Below, in pieces: positions 62,728-64,000 of a stretch of DNA of 64,000 bases (the stretch's first letter is position 1; the number at the start of each line of letters is the position of its first letter). The stretch is from Acidimicrobiia bacterium. GTDB lineage: Bacteria > Actinomycetota > Acidimicrobiia > Spongiisociales > ZC4RG35. A program made the position numbers and the translations under genes. The DNA lies in the NCBI GenBank assembly GCA_040878345.1, contig JBBDML010000014.1, positions 24,544-88,543 on the forward strand, in the 5' to 3' direction. The notes beneath the pieces are model-generated. The model made no database searches and was not told the DNA's origin. It saw nothing but the letters and a program-made list of their open reading frames with translations.

Positions 62728-64000
62728 ATGGGAGAAACGGTGGCGACATCCAACGGGGCGATACAGAACTTCATCGCCGGACAGTTCCGGGAGCCGCTCA
62801 GCGGGGCGACGATGGGAATCGTCAGCCCGGTGACCGGTGAGGAGTATCTGAGGGCACCCAACTCGGGCGAAGACGACGTCGACGCCGCCTGTCGGGCAGC
62901 GCAGGAAGCCTTCCCCGGCTGGCGTGACACCACCCCTTCCGAGCGAAGCCTGGCACTGCTCCGGATCGCCGACGCCTTGGGGCAGCAGGCCGAGGAGTTC
63001 GCCCGCATCGAGGTGGAGAACACCGGCAAGCCCTATGGGGCGGCCCTCGGCGACGAGATCCCGCCATCCGTCGACCAGATCCGCTTCTTCGCCGGAGCCG
63101 CCCGACATCTCCAGGGGCTCTCGACGGGTGAGTACTTGGCTGACCACACGTCGATGATCCGACGTGAGCCGATCGGTGTGTGCGCCCAGGTGGCACCGTG
63201 GAACTACCCGATGATGATGGCGGTGTGGAAGTTCGCACCCGCACTGGCTGCGGGCAACACCGTGGTGCTGAAGCCCTCTGACACAACGCCGGCAACCGCG
63301 GTGGCCCTCGCCGAGATGGCTGCCGAGTTCCTGCCTCCTGGCGTCTTCAACGTCATCTGCGGTGATCGGGACACCGGGCGAGCACTGGTTGCCCACGATA
63401 TACCGAGGATGGTGTCGGTCACCGGCAGCATCCGCGCCGGCATGGAGGTGGCGGCTGCGGCGGCCTCCGACCTGAAGCGGGTTCATCTCGAGCTGGGCGG
63501 AAAGGCGCCTGTGGTGGTTTTCGACGACGCCGACGTAGAGGCGGCGGCCACCGCCATCGCCGGGGCGGGGTACTACAACGCCGGACAGGACTGCACCGCC
63601 TCGACCCGGGTCCTCGCCGGGTCGACCGTTCGCCGCGATCTGGCCGACGCGTTGGTGGACGCAGCCAAGGGGACGGTCACCGGCGACCCCTACGACCCGA
63701 ACACCTCCTACGGGCCCCTCAACAACCCCGACCAGCTGGCGCGGGTCTCGGGATTCGTCGAGCGGGCTCCGGGACACGCCAAGGTCCTGGTGGGCGGGAA
63801 CCGGGTCGACCGCAACGGCTTCTTCTTCGAGCCAACCGTGATCGACGGTCTCACCCAGGAAGACGAGATGAGCCAGAACGAGATTTTCGGGCCGGTGGTC
63901 ACAATCCAGCAGTTCGACGACGAGGAGAAGGCCATCGAGTGGGCCAACGGGGTCCCTTACGGGTTGGCATCCAGTGTCTGGACCAAGGATCACGGGCGGG
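62728..64000 (+). CDS. NAD(P)-dependent aldehyde dehydrogenase (3' end outside the window)
   Basis: My own translation from ATG 62728: MGETVATSNGAIQNFIAGQF... The frame contains VHLELGGKAP and GLASSVWTKD and has no stop before the window end. The long antisense track ORF (62593-63993) is spurious. Confidence 0.85.
   Translation, partial: MGETVATSNGAIQNFIAGQFREPLSGATMGIVSPVTGEEYLRAPNSGEDDVDAACRAAQEAFPGWRDTTPSERSLALLRIADALGQQAEEFARIEVENTGKPYGAALGDEIPPSVDQIRFFAGAARHLQGLSTGEYLADHTSMIRREPIGVCAQVAPWNYPMMMAVWKFAPALAAGNTVVLKPSDTTPATAVALAEMAAEFLPPGVFNVICGDRDTGRALVAHDIPRMVSVTGSIRAGMEVAAAAASDLKRVHLELGGKAPVVVFDDADVEAAATAIAGAGYYNAGQDCTASTRVLAGSTVRRDLADALVDAAKGTVTGDPYDPNTSYGPLNNPDQLARVSGFVERAPGHAKVLVGGNRVDRNGFFFEPTVIDGLTQEDEMSQNEIFGPVVTIQQFDDEEKAIEWANGVPYGLASSVWTKDHGR

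Noticed and set aside
62593-63993. A 466-aa minus-strand ORF covering the right end of the window.
   Set aside because: The sequence is Arg/Gly/Pro-rich and low in complexity. It is exactly antisense to a plus-strand frame that encodes an unmistakable aldehyde dehydrogenase (ELGGKAP, GLASSVWTKD). It is a typical high-GC shadow ORF.

Overview
The window is a GC-rich segment with strong third-codon-position GC bias. It looks like an actinobacterial chromosome, possibly Acidimicrobiia-like, but that assignment is inference only. It is densely packed with about 62 protein genes. I saw no rRNA, tRNA, CRISPR array, transposase or integrase. All protein-family calls come from reading motifs by eye; no searches were run.

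Main content, in order:
- 0-4.5 kb: an orphan sensor kinase, a secreted Thr-rich protein, and a polytopic membrane protein fused to an EEP (endonuclease/exonuclease/phosphatase) domain.
- 4.6-8.2 kb: metH, preceded by a SAM-I-type riboswitch that appears to lack stem P4.
- 8.3-12.8 kb: DUF885, UPF0316, an F420-type LLM oxidoreductase, and a YcaQ/AlkZ-like gene.
- 12.8-17.9 kb: an envelope locus with an ECF sigma factor, a GerMN/Gmad2 membrane protein, an LCP ligase, and a flippase-like domain fused to a phosphoglycosyl transferase.
- 17.9-27.6 kb: two tandem M20 peptidase paralogs that share a near-identical 5' leader, a five-gene peptide ABC transporter, and a PatB/MalY C-S lyase.
- 27.6-30.8 kb: a split zinc-uptake locus with a Zur-like box.
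- 30.8-46.3 kb: three partner-switching modules. One has an RsbW-like domain fused in cis to a SigB/SigF-type sigma factor. One has a STAS gene broken by a 13-bp tandem duplication. Between them lie a GT4/GH130 glyco-cluster, a CBS-pair protein and an ExeM/NucH-type nuclease.
- 46.3-49.3 kb: a CbiM(PDGLE)-CbiQ-CbiO transporter facing a Fur-family regulator across a Nur-like box.
- 49.3-64.0 kb: three acyl-CoA dehydrogenases, a VOC protein, YciI with a long ECF-type sigma factor, a DrrAB-like exporter, a truncated globin, modABC, PadR, a CNNM/TlyC protein, and a 3'-truncated aldehyde dehydrogenase.

A 47-nt palindromic repeat family occurs five times in three intergenic regions.

The candidates I rank highest for novelty are the anti-sigma/sigma fusion operon, the repeat family, the shared peptidase leader, the P4-less SAM element and the duplication-disrupted STAS gene.
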